This document shows positions 18,131-28,430 of a DNA stretch of 64,000 nt, one piece after another. The notes under the pieces are model-generated. The model worked only from the letters and a program-made list of their open reading frames with translations, was not told the DNA's origin and did no database searches. The stretch's first letter is position 1; every line of letters starts with the position of its first letter. Both the position numbers and the translations under genes were made by a program. Source of the stretch: an uncultured Bacteroidota bacterium (GTDB lineage: Bacteria; Bacteroidota; Ignavibacteria; Ignavibacteriales; Ignavibacteriaceae); the NCBI GenBank assembly GCA_963740945.1, contig CAVUGE010000029.1:6066-70065 (forward strand), written 5' to 3'.

Positions 18131-18229
18131 TGAAAAGATGACATCTTTAAAAGTAAAATCATGTCCAATTTTTTATTCAAATATAAGTTCCGATAAGCTA
18201 ATTTTAAAAAGTAAAGATGTCATCTTTCA
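18131..18229. repeat. Inverted repeat pair, ~19-nt arms about 60 nt apart
   Basis: TGAAAAGATGACATCTTTA (18131-18149) versus TAAAGATGTCATCTTTCA (18212-18229). Each arm also contains the small palindrome AAAGAT-NNN-ATCTTT. Confidence 0.7.
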
Positions 18230-18279
18230 AAAACCGGATAGTGCGTAACTTGAGTAAATAAATATTAAAATTACCGTTA

Positions 18280-18822
18280 ATGAAAAAATTCCTAAGTAAC
18301 TCTGAAATCAATGAATTTAATTCATTCTTCGTTAATATAATTATTATTCTATTGTTATTATTTTTTCCAGCCTGCCAAAATAAAAAAGCATCCGGCGGAA
18401 AAAATCTAATTGAAAAAAGGAACGGATTAATCTATAAACAAAACAGTGATACCGCATATACCGGATTAATTAAAGATACGACTAAAAACGTAATATTTGA
18501 ATATTATGTTAAGCAAGGTTTAAAGAATGGTGAGTTCAAAATATCAGAACTTAATGGACAAACAATAATGATCGGTAATATGGTAAAAGATAAAAATGAG
18601 GGTGAATGGAAGTATTTTTATCCAAATGGTCAAATTGAATCTATCGGAAATTTCGCTAATGACCAGCCTAATGGGAAATGGATATTCTATTTTGAAACCG
18701 GCAAGAAAAAAGAAGAGGGAATATTCGTTAATGGAGTAAGAACAGGCAAGTGGATTGAATATGACTCAGCCGGAGCTATAAAGGATTATAAAAATTTTAC
18801 TAAAGTAAAGAAAAGCAAGTAA
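18280..18822 (+). CDS. MORN-variant repeat lipoprotein (YwqK-like family)
   Basis: Hydrophobic N-terminus with Cys (LLLFFPAC), then repeated G-x-W-x-x-Y-Y/F-x-N-G units (NEGEWKYFYPNGQ, PNGKWIFYFETGK, RTGKWIEYDSAG). Confidence 0.65.
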   Translation: MKKFLSNSEINEFNSFFVNIIIILLLLFFPACQNKKASGGKNLIEKRNGLIYKQNSDTAYTGLIKDTTKNVIFEYYVKQGLKNGEFKISELNGQTIMIGNMVKDKNEGEWKYFYPNGQIESIGNFANDQPNGKWIFYFETGKKKEEGIFVNGVRTGKWIEYDSAGAIKDYKNFTKVKKSK

Positions 18823-19004
18823 TATTTATTCAATATCTGTCCGAAATAAAACTAAAAAGAAATTGATTCCAGTTAAGGTAAAGTGATTATCTATTATAAA
18901 TTGATAGACTGAAAATGTAAATTCTCATAAGGAAATTGGTAAAATAGAAATTTAATAGAATTGAAATTATATCGTTTGTTAATTAGTTTAGTAAGTCTAA
19001 TTAA

Positions 19005-20024
<1,020 letters not shown>

Positions 20025-20040
20025 TAAATTTCCCGGGAGT

Positions 20041-20174
20041 TATGAGGGTGACCAAAAAGTATTTTTTCAGTCATTCTTAAGGAGTCCTCGACTGAAGAAT
20101 CTCAATAATTATTCGAGTATGAGATTCTTCGCTGACGATCAGGATGACAATATTACTTTTTGGTCGCCCTCATA
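20041..20174. repeat. Palindromic MITE/REP-like element, family 1, carrying two inverted copies of the GTCATYCT...GAAGAATCTC core
   Basis: Termini TATGAGGGTGACCAAAAAGTA (20041-20061) and TACTTTTTGGTCGCCCTCATA (20154-20174), one mismatch. Internal forward core is GTCATTCTTAAGGAGTCCTCGACTGAAGAATCTC; the reverse core is GAGATTCTTCGCTGACGATCAGGATGAC. Confidence 0.8.
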
Positions 20175-20266
20175 ATCTCCATCCCTTCCAGATAAATTTT
20201 ATTATTATTTCAACTTTAAACTTAATATTTAAAAATTCGGTTTTTAATGAATGAAAGGCTGCTGCA

Positions 20267-21469
20267 ATGAAAAAACTTTCTATAGATGATGTAGAGCTAA
20301 AAGACAAAAGAGTACTGGTGAGAGTTGATTTTAATGTCCCTTTGGATGAAAATAAAACAATAACCGATGATCGCAGGATTACATCCTCTTTGCCTACTAT
20401 AAAAAAAATTATATCCGAAGGAGGCAAAGCGATTTTGATGAGTCATCTTGGAAGGCCAAAAGGAGGCCCCGATCCAAAATATAGTTTAGCTCCGGTCGCA
20501 AAACGATTATCAGAGCTGTTAGGTAAAGATGTGAAGCTTGCACCTGATTGTGTTGGTGAAGAAGTAAAAAAGATGGTTGGTGAAATGAAACCCGGTGATG
20601 TCATGCTTCTTGAAAACGTGCGGTTTCATCCGGAAGAAACAAAAAATGATGAGAATTTTTCAAAACAATTAGCTGAACTTGGTGATGTTTATATTAATGA
20701 TGCTTTTGGAAGTGCACACCGTGCACATTCCTCTACCGCAGGAATCACAAAATTTATCAAAACCTCTGCTTCAGGATATTTAATGCAGAAAGAGCTGGAC
20801 TATCTTGGAGAAGCTATTTCCAATCCTAAAAGACCATACTGTGCTATTTTAGGTGGAGCTAAGATTTCCGGCAAAATTGATGTTATTAATAATTTACTCG
20901 ATAAGGTAGATATTTTATTAATCGGCGGCGGAATGGCTTTTACATTTTTCAAGGCAGAAGGAAAAGAAATCGGAAAATCTTTACTTGAAGAAGAAAAGCT
21001 TGAAATTGCGAAAGAATTATTAGAAAAAATAAAGGGATCTAAAGTAAAATTCTATTTGCCAATTGATATTGCTGTAGCCGACGAATTTAGAAACGATTCA
21101 CCCTGTGAAATTGTGGATGCAGATAAAATTCCGGCTGATAAAATGGGAATGGATATTGGTCCTAAAACAATAAAAGCATTTAGAGATGAAATACTGCTTT
21201 CAAAAACTATTGTATGGAACGGCCCGATGGGAGTTTTTGAAATGGAGAATTTCTCAATGGGAACAATGGAAGTAGCCGAAGCCCTTGCTAAAGCAACAAA
21301 AAAAGGAGCGATTACAATTGTGGGAGGGGGAGATTCTGCCGCAGCAATTAGCAAAGCAGGGCTGGAAAATAATGTTTCTCATGTTTCTACAGGCGGTGGA
21401 GCATCACTGGAATTTCTAGAAGGCAAAGAATTACCCGGTGTCGTCGCTCTCAGCGATAATGATCATTGA
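20267..21469 (+). CDS. pgk: Phosphoglycerate kinase
   Basis: [16 protein letters not shown] and [14 protein letters not shown] blocks. Confidence 0.95.
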   Translation: MKKLSIDDVELKDKRVLVRVDFNVPLDENKTITDDRRITSSLPTIKKIISEGGKAILMSHLGRPKGGPDPKYSLAPVAKRLSELLGKDVKLAPDCVGEEVKKMVGEMKPGDVMLLENVRFHPEETKNDENFSKQLAELGDVYINDAFGSAHRAHSSTAGITKFIKTSASGYLMQKELDYLGEAISNPKRPYCAILGGAKISGKIDVINNLLDKVDILLIGGGMAFTFFKAEGKEIGKSLLEEEKLEIAKELLEKIKGSKVKFYLPIDIAVADEFRNDSPCEIVDADKIPADKMGMDIGPKTIKAFRDEILLSKTIVWNGPMGVFEMENFSMGTMEVAEALAKATKKGAITIVGGGDSAAAISKAGLENNVSHVSTGGGASLEFLEGKELPGVVALSDNDH

Positions 21470-21554
21470 TATTTAGATTTAGATTGATTAAAATAGTGTA
21501 ATTATATAAAGTTAGATATTAGGAAAAGAGTATAACTTATAAAAAAGGTTTATT

Positions 21555-22463
21555 GTGAGTAATTATTACAGGCCAAGCGGATTCGGCGGCTTCAGTTATT
21601 TCCCTCCGGTTATTAAAAATTTAATAATAATCAATTCTGCAGTTTTTGTTTTGCAGCTTTTAATGCAAAATCTGAATATAGGAGGTATCCCTGCAGATGG
21701 TATAATAGACCGGTGGTTTGCATTGTGGCCCCTCGGAAGCGGATATTTTGAAGTATGGCAGCTTATAACTTACCAGTTTATGCACGGCGGATTCTTTCAT
21801 ATATTGATGAATATGTTTATCCTCTGGATGTTTGGCATAGAAATAGAAAATCTATGGGGTTCACAGAAATTCTTAATATTTTATCTTATAGCAGGCGTTA
21901 TAGGAGGCCTCTTTCAAATTCTATTAAGTCCGGTTCTTGTAGGAGGACTTTCCGGTCCAACAATAGGAGCATCCGGTGCAATAATGGGAGTTATGGTTAT
22001 TTTCGGTGTTATGTTCCCCAATAGACTTATTTTTCTTTATTTTTTAATTCCCGTTAAAGTTAAATATTTTATTATAGTCCTGGTTCTGATTGAGATATTT
22101 GCAGTAAACAGCGGTGGAAATGTAGCTCATCTTGCACATGTAGGGGGTGCCTTAACAGGTTTAATATATATGCTATGGGATAAAAGTGCTTCCTTTAAAA
22201 ATATATTTCGTTCAAGTTCACAATATAGTTCAGGCGTAAATATCTCCAATCCTTTTAAGAATATAAAAAATCCCTTCAAAAGAAAAGAAAAAAATGTTGA
22301 AGAAGCGAGGTACTATGAAATAAAAGATAAAGATAAAGATGAAGATTATATAAGTCAGGAGGAAATTGATAAAATCCTTGATAAAATAAGTCAATCAGGG
22401 TACCAAAATCTTACTGAGAAAGAAAAGAAAATACTCTTTGAAGCCAGTAAGAAAATGAAATAA
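21555..22463 (+). CDS. Rhomboid-family intramembrane serine protease with charged C-terminal tail
   Basis: Multi-pass membrane protein with the rhomboid GxSG (GASGAIMG) and a downstream His (AHLAHVGGAL); GTG start. Confidence 0.8.
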   Translation: MSNYYRPSGFGGFSYFPPVIKNLIIINSAVFVLQLLMQNLNIGGIPADGIIDRWFALWPLGSGYFEVWQLITYQFMHGGFFHILMNMFILWMFGIEIENLWGSQKFLIFYLIAGVIGGLFQILLSPVLVGGLSGPTIGASGAIMGVMVIFGVMFPNRLIFLYFLIPVKVKYFIIVLVLIEIFAVNSGGNVAHLAHVGGALTGLIYMLWDKSASFKNIFRSSSQYSSGVNISNPFKNIKNPFKRKEKNVEEARYYEIKDKDKDEDYISQEEIDKILDKISQSGYQNLTEKEKKILFEASKKMK

Positions 22464-22472
22464 TTTTAAAAG

Positions 22473-22517
22473 GTCAAAAATCAAAAATCAAAATGCTTTT
22501 GAATTTTTACTTTTGAC
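22473..22517 (+). terminator. Imperfect 21-bp AT-rich hairpin downstream of the rhomboid gene
   Basis: GTCAAAAATCAAAAATCAAAA / TTTTGAATTTTTACTTTTGAC, 18 of 21 positions complementary by hand alignment, 3-nt loop. Confidence 0.45.
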
Positions 22518-22526
22518 ATTCCAAGC

Positions 22527-22856
22527 ATGAAACTACATTTTTATATATATCCATCCGTTTTCACTTTACTATTTATACTTTTAACTTGTTCTAATGATAA
22601 AGTAATTAATGAAGATAAATTTGTTAAAGTTTATACCGATCTTGTAATGGCACAGGACACCCTGCAAATAAACGAAGCGAATTTTGATTCTGTTAAGCAG
22701 TCTGTTTTTAATAGACATGGAATTACTTCCGGCCAATATGTATACACGGTAAATTATTACAATGAAGATGTAAAACGATGGGAGAGATTCTTTAACAAGG
22801 CTACCGCCTATATTGATACTCTGAGGAGTAGTTCAAACTCTGCCCGAAGGAAGTAA
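22527..22856 (+). CDS. Small lipoprotein-like hypothetical protein (possibly DUF4296-type)
   Basis: 109 aa. Signal-like N-terminus ending LLTCSND. No recognised catalytic motif. The 3' end overlaps the recQ 3' end by 56 nt. Confidence 0.45.
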   Translation: MKLHFYIYPSVFTLLFILLTCSNDKVINEDKFVKVYTDLVMAQDTLQINEANFDSVKQSVFNRHGITSGQYVYTVNYYNEDVKRWERFFNKATAYIDTLRSSSNSARRK

Positions 22857-25467
22857 ATTTATGTTTTGCAACAGCAATTCTAATTAAAGGATAAGATATT
22901 TCCTGCGGCAAACGTTTTTTTAAGTCTTTCAGATCTGAGAATCCTTTTTCGATTTCAATATTTATTTTAGAAATATTTTCTTCACTGAAAAGGTTATTTA
23001 TATTAATTTGCGGCTCATATTCAATTATCGTTTCTATCTGCATAGATATAACTGCTTCGGATAAATTTCTAAGAGAAGCAATGCTCTTGAGGGGGTATCC
23101 TTTTTTTAAAAGAAGATAGGTCTCTTTTATGTTCGGCGGAACTTCTTTGTTCTCCATTTTAGATTGTGGTTCATTTTTAACTGAAGAATCCTTATTGAAA
23201 TTCTCTATTACTTCAAGGAATTCTTTACCTATTTTATTGAACATTCTTTGGTTAAATCCCTTAATGGCTAAAAGTTCATATTCATCAGAGGGCTTTTTAT
23301 TTATTATTTCTCTGATAACTTCATCCGGACAAATTAAATAGCCGGTCTGCATAAATTTTTTGGATGCACTCTTTCTAATTTCCTTTAGAGAGTTGAAAAG
23401 CTCAATATCATTTTCATAATCCGCAATAGTAGTTTCATTTATCTCTATTATTTTTATTTTCTTTAAGTAATCCAATCCGGCTTCATCAAGCTCAAATTTC
23501 TTACTATCAGAAAATTTCCTTTTAATAAAATTTTGCGAAAGGATTACATGTAGAACAGTTTTCAAATCATTCTTTTGAAAATTCGAACATATTCCATAAG
23601 TATCCAGGTTATTATATTTATCCGGGTTGGCCGATCCCTTCAAAATGCCAATCAAAATTGACTCGGAAACAGAACCGGCCTTATGGAGCGTTCTGAGCAT
23701 TATCTCCTTTATATATTCTATAGATTCCGAAGAATAATTTTCCTCACTTAAACAATTATCGCATTTCCCGCATGAATAATTATCAACATTTTCACCAAAA
23801 TACTTAAGAATATATTTAAACCTGCAATCCCTTGTAAAAACATAATCAATCATAGAATCTATTTTTTTTTGCTGGTTTAAATAACTTTCGTTTATTCTTT
23901 TGTAATCAATATTTAATCTATCCGCATTTGTACGGGGTGAAGTTAGAAAGACACTATTTCTTGAAACCGGCTTTGAATATTTTCCAAATCCCAAATTATC
24001 AAGTATTGTTAACGCTTCATCAATATCAAATTCCTGCATCCCGGCTTGTGAAGCTAATCCGGATAAATACAACTGGACTTCACCTGTAAAAATGCTGCTT
24101 CCGTAAATTCTAAGAAGCAGAAGAATCACTTCTTTAAGATTTTTATTTGAACTATTTTTTACAAATTCCTTAAGCTTATTTTTGTCGACTATAAACTGAA
24201 AAGAGCTTTTAATATCAAATTCAGAAGCCATTCTTAAATAACCGCTGTTTTCCAAAATTTTTAATGTAGAATGGAAAAGGCTTTTATTTATATTTTTTTT
24301 AGTGTACGCCGATATATACTCGGGATTTAAAATTATCTCAGAACCAGGCTGAATTCCCTCAGCGATTTTATTATAATCACAAATAGCGTTATAAACTGAA
24401 TGTATAATTCTTTTATCGGGATGAGAATTTGATAAAAAGTAATTATGAATATTGATATCGGAGTCATCATAAAGGAGATAAATAAACGAATCTCTTCCAT
24501 CTCTTCCTGCTCTTCCGATTTCCTGATAATAGTTTTCAATGGAACCGGGAATATTATAATGAATAACCAAACGGATATCTTTTTTATCAATACCCATTCC
24601 GAAAGCATTTGTTGCTGCTATAATCGGAATATTATCATTTAAAAAATCTTCCTGTATTTTCTTCCTTTCCTCATGAGCTAATCCTGCGTGATAATAACTA
24701 CAGCTGATTCTCTTAAAAGTCAGAAATTCAGAAACTTCCTCGGCATTTTTTCTGGATGAAGTATAAATAATTGCGGGAGTTTTAAATCTTGAAATCAGTT
24801 CAAGGCATTTATCTTTTTTCTTCCTGGTGATAATAAGGTTTAAGTGTAGATTATTGCGTTCAAAACCTTTAATAAAGACCTTTGGTGAAGATAAGTTTAG
24901 CTGAATAGTAATATCTTTTATTACTTCAGGAGTAGCAGTTGCGGTAAAAGCTGCAATATTTTTAATCCCGATGAACTTGATAAAATCTAAAATCTTCCTA
25001 TAGCTTGGTCTAAAATTATGCCCCCATTCACTGATACAGTGAGCTTCATCCACAAACAAGAAAGATGGATTTAATTTTTTTATCCTTTCAGCGAAAGTTA
25101 TATTCTCAAGTCTTTCAGGGGCAACATAAAGCAGCTTAATTTTACCATATGAAATATTTTGAAGGACATCTTCGGTTTCATAAAAGTTCATAGTGCTGTT
25201 TATAAAAGCAGCTGAAGTTCCCCCATTTCCCGCAGAAGAGTTTAAGGAATCAACCTGATCCTTCATTAAGGCAATTAAAGGAGAAATTACAATTGAAAAG
25301 TGTTCAGATATAAGAGAGGGAATTTGATAACATATGGATTTCCCTGCACCTGTAGGCAGAACAGCTAAAACATTATCTCCCTGTAGAATTGCATCAATTA
25401 TTTCTTTTTGTCCAATACGAAAATTCTTATGCCCGAAATATTTTTCAAGTGCTTGAATAGGAAGCAT
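22801..25467 (-). CDS. recQ: RecQ-family ATP-dependent DNA helicase, extended form with HRDC-like and C-terminal HTH-like regions
   Basis: Walker A (PTGAGKS), DEAH box with the RecQ block (FVDEAHCISEWGHNFRPSY), motif VI (QEIGRAGRDG), Zn-binding Cys cluster (CRFKYILKYFGE...CGKCDNC), HRDC-like segment (ICPDEVIREIINKKP...AIKGF). Confidence 0.85.
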   Translation of the reverse strand: MLPIQALEKYFGHKNFRIGQKEIIDAILQGDNVLAVLPTGAGKSICYQIPSLISEHFSIVISPLIALMKDQVDSLNSSAGNGGTSAAFINSTMNFYETEDVLQNISYGKIKLLYVAPERLENITFAERIKKLNPSFLFVDEAHCISEWGHNFRPSYRKILDFIKFIGIKNIAAFTATATPEVIKDITIQLNLSSPKVFIKGFERNNLHLNLIITRKKKDKCLELISRFKTPAIIYTSSRKNAEEVSEFLTFKRISCSYYHAGLAHEERKKIQEDFLNDNIPIIAATNAFGMGIDKKDIRLVIHYNIPGSIENYYQEIGRAGRDGRDSFIYLLYDDSDINIHNYFLSNSHPDKRIIHSVYNAICDYNKIAEGIQPGSEIILNPEYISAYTKKNINKSLFHSTLKILENSGYLRMASEFDIKSSFQFIVDKNKLKEFVKNSSNKNLKEVILLLLRIYGSSIFTGEVQLYLSGLASQAGMQEFDIDEALTILDNLGFGKYSKPVSRNSVFLTSPRTNADRLNIDYKRINESYLNQQKKIDSMIDYVFTRDCRFKYILKYFGENVDNYSCGKCDNCLSEENYSSESIEYIKEIMLRTLHKAGSVSESILIGILKGSANPDKYNNLDTYGICSNFQKNDLKTVLHVILSQNFIKRKFSDSKKFELDEAGLDYLKKIKIIEINETTIADYENDIELFNSLKEIRKSASKKFMQTGYLICPDEVIREIINKKPSDEYELLAIKGFNQRMFNKIGKEFLEVIENFNKDSSVKNEPQSKMENKEVPPNIKETYLLLKKGYPLKSIASLRNLSEAVISMQIETIIEYEPQININNLFSEENISKINIEIEKGFSDLKDLKKRLPQEISYPLIRIAVAKHKFTSFGQSLNYSSEYQYRR

Positions 25468-25698
25468 TAATAAGTCAAAAGTAAAAAGTAAAAAACTTTA
25501 TAATGCCCTAATATAAAAAAACCTTAAACTATAATCCGCTAATGTTGCATATTTATTATGCCCTGATGGGAATATGTTAAGATGATATCTTTAAAATAAA
25601 GATTCTCTATAATAGGATCGGGAGAACCCTAGGCCTTTAAATAAATTTAATCTTACCTCTATTTTAGTTAAATTTACTGATTAAATATTTTGCATATT

Positions 25699-26640
25699 AT
25701 GAATTCAATTGAAACAAACAACTTAACAAAAGTCTATACTTCTTCATTCGGTAAAAAAAATGTACAGGCACTTACAGAATTGAGTTTATCTGTTGAAAGA
25801 GGAAGTATTTTCGGACTTTTAGGACCAAACGGTGCGGGCAAAACAACCCTTATTAAAATTTTGCTGGGGATTACATTTCCTACTTCCGGGAAAGCTAATA
25901 TATTGAATGAAGATATTTCAAACTATAAAATAAAAAGCCGGGTTGGATACCTTCCTGAAAATCATAAATATCCTTCTTATTTAACTGGCGGGAATGTGCT
26001 TAAATTTTTCGGAAAACTTAACGGATTAGATGGAGATATCTTTGAAAAGAAAATTGATGAATTACTTGAATTGGTTAAATTATCCAAATGGAAAAACACA
26101 AAGGTAAGAGCTTATTCAAAAGGAATGATGCAGAGATTAGGATTAGCACAAGCCCTGATAAATGACCCCGATCTGATCTTCCTGGATGAGCCTACCGATG
26201 GTGTCGATCCCATCGGAAGAAAAGAGATAAGAGATATTCTTCTAAATTTGAAATCACAATCAAAAACAATTTTTTTAAATAGTCATTTACTCTCGGAGGT
26301 GGAATTAATCACCGACAGAGTCGGTATCCTCAACAAAGGAAAACTGCTTCGCGAAGGAACAGTAAAGGAATTTACCGAAAAAAAAGAGGAGTTTACAATA
26401 AATATTGAAAATGAGCTTTCCCCTGAAGCTTTATCCGAATTGCAAAAAGAGGTCATTTTTTCAAATGTGAAAAAGAATTCTTATTCAGTTAAAGTAGTGG
26501 ATATCAAAGAACTTAACCGGTTTATCGATCTAATGCGGAATAAAGGAATCTTAATTAAAGAGATCGTACCCCTTAAAAGCACATTGGAAGAAATGTTCAT
26601 TTCACTTATTGAAAAATCGGAGAAAGAGGGGAATAGTTGA
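25699..26640 (+). CDS. ABC transporter ATP-binding protein
   Basis: Walker A GPNGAGKTT, signature YSKGMMQRL, Walker B LIFLDEPT. ATG at 25699 preferred over the upstream alternative start at 25690. Confidence 0.9.
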   Translation: MNSIETNNLTKVYTSSFGKKNVQALTELSLSVERGSIFGLLGPNGAGKTTLIKILLGITFPTSGKANILNEDISNYKIKSRVGYLPENHKYPSYLTGGNVLKFFGKLNGLDGDIFEKKIDELLELVKLSKWKNTKVRAYSKGMMQRLGLAQALINDPDLIFLDEPTDGVDPIGRKEIRDILLNLKSQSKTIFLNSHLLSEVELITDRVGILNKGKLLREGTVKEFTEKKEEFTINIENELSPEALSELQKEVIFSNVKKNSYSVKVVDIKELNRFIDLMRNKGILIKEIVPLKSTLEEMFISLIEKSEKEGNS

Positions 26641-27449
26641 AAAATATTATAGTTATAACCATATCTACTTTAAGAGAAGCTTTGGCTAGAAAAGTCTTCC
26701 TTTTTTTCTTAGGTATATCTGCAGTAGTAATTATAGCATTAGCACTTATTTCAGCATTTGCAAATATACCATTATCGAGTATGCATGTCTCCGGAAACCG
26801 GATGATTGGAAGTGATATGGTCACAACATTTGAAATGATAATAATAAACCCGCTGGCAAATCTTTGCCTATTGCTTTCTATATTTTCTAGCGCCAGTTTT
26901 ATACCGGTGATGCTGGAGAAAGGGAATATAGACTTACTTTTATCTAAACCAATTTCACGTGTACAGCTTCTTTGGGGGAAATATTTCGGCGGAATTTTAG
27001 TCGTTTTATTAAATATTGCCTTTTTAATTATTGGTGTCTGGATTATTGTTTCTATTAAATTTGCATACTGGAATTTTGCGGTTTTATGGTCTATTTTACT
27101 AATTACATTTGCTTATGCAGCGCTCAATTCGATAATAGTTCTATTAGGAGTTATTACAAAAGGCTCGATGTTTGGAATGATGACAGCCTATTTCATTTAT
27201 TTAATTTTAAGCCCCCTTTTACTCGCTTCTAAAGATAGAATGATTCCATTTTTGGAAAATAAAATATTGAATACTGTTTTAGACGCATTTTATTATATTT
27301 TGCCCAAGATTTCGGAACTTCTGGGGAAGGATATTTATAATTTAGCTTCCGGCATTAATATTGATGTACAGCCGATAATTACTACATTTTTATTCTTAAT
27401 ATTTATCATGATACTAAGCGTTGAAATTTTTAAGAGGAAAGACTTTTAA
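26637..27449 (+). CDS. ABC-2-type transporter permease
   Basis: 270 aa with multiple hydrophobic helices. TTG start overlaps the ATPase stop by 4 nt (TTGA). Confidence 0.7.
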   Translation: MKNIIVITISTLREALARKVFLFFLGISAVVIIALALISAFANIPLSSMHVSGNRMIGSDMVTTFEMIIINPLANLCLLLSIFSSASFIPVMLEKGNIDLLLSKPISRVQLLWGKYFGGILVVLLNIAFLIIGVWIIVSIKFAYWNFAVLWSILLITFAYAALNSIIVLLGVITKGSMFGMMTAYFIYLILSPLLLASKDRMIPFLENKILNTVLDAFYYILPKISELLGKDIYNLASGINIDVQPIITTFLFLIFIMILSVEIFKRKDF

Positions 27450-27450
27450 T

Positions 27451-28422
27451 TTGAAGAGAGTAATATTTATAAGTGTCGTTTCGGTTTTGATTTTAATTTC
27501 AGGATGTAAAAAGAATGAACCTATATCGCCGTTGACAAAAGCTCAGAAAGAAGCTTTCAATTACCTTCCCGAAGATTCCCGGTTTATAATGTATTTAAAT
27601 TTGAATGAACTCCGCAGAACAGATTTCTGGGACACCTATTTTAAGTCTTCAATTTTAGGAAGCGGCCTTAATGAAAGGTGGTTCAGTAAATTTGAAAATG
27701 TAACGGGTGCAGGAATAAACAAAGGCATTTCTCAAGTTTTTTTAGCCTCAAATGGAAAAGAATACAATACTGCTGTTATTATACTGGATATAAATCAGAA
27801 TAAAGTAAAAGAAAATATTGAACAATCTGAGAATTTTGAAAAAGAATTTATTGCAGACAGGCCCGTATATAAATTAAAGGGAAAGCCATCCCTTGAATTC
27901 TATTTTGTAAATGATTCCACAGTACTTTCAGCAAACAGTTTTAATTATATAAAAACTGTTCTTCAGAAGGAACAGAATTCGTTAATCAACAATAAATCCT
28001 TTATTAATATTATTAAGAGCATAAAAAATAAGAATCAATATTGGATAGCCATTAATGACGGCTCATTTGCAGTAAATTATGTCCGGAAACTCCTTGGAGT
28101 TAATGAAAAATTTCCAATTGCCAGTATTTTAAAGTCAATAAAAGATGTAACATTAGCAGCACAATTTGATGATGGTGTAGATATTGAATCAAATTGGAAT
28201 TGTAAAGATTCAAAGAATGCCTATCTGTTATCAACTGCGATAAAAGGGGCTTTAGCGATGGATCTTTTAGCAGGCGGAGATTATTCACTTGGAAAAATAT
28301 TGCAGAAAACCGAAGTAGAAAGACTGAACACTCAGGTTAATCTGCAATTAGAACTAAAGGGGGATGATATTATTAAATTAAAAGATTTAGCTAAGCAAAT
28401 AAATACGGAAAGAAAATTATAA
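27451..28422 (+). CDS. Hypothetical lipoprotein co-located with the ABC transporter
   Basis: A TTG at 27451 gives (M)KRVIFISVVSVLILISGC, a lipobox-type signal. The ORF-track start at 27421 would overlap the permease. No family recognised. Confidence 0.55.
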   Translation: MKRVIFISVVSVLILISGCKKNEPISPLTKAQKEAFNYLPEDSRFIMYLNLNELRRTDFWDTYFKSSILGSGLNERWFSKFENVTGAGINKGISQVFLASNGKEYNTAVIILDINQNKVKENIEQSENFEKEFIADRPVYKLKGKPSLEFYFVNDSTVLSANSFNYIKTVLQKEQNSLINNKSFINIIKSIKNKNQYWIAINDGSFAVNYVRKLLGVNEKFPIASILKSIKDVTLAAQFDDGVDIESNWNCKDSKNAYLLSTAIKGALAMDLLAGGDYSLGKILQKTEVERLNTQVNLQLELKGDDIIKLKDLAKQINTERKL

Positions 28423-28430
28423 GGGATAAA

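Noticed and set aside
21755-22024. 89-aa alternative-frame ORF inside the rhomboid gene, and the 81-aa ORF at 47254-47499 inside the MORN-repeat gene
   Set aside because: These are same-strand out-of-frame ORFs within genes whose main frames carry the family motifs. Their Arg/Ser-rich composition is typical of frame artefacts.
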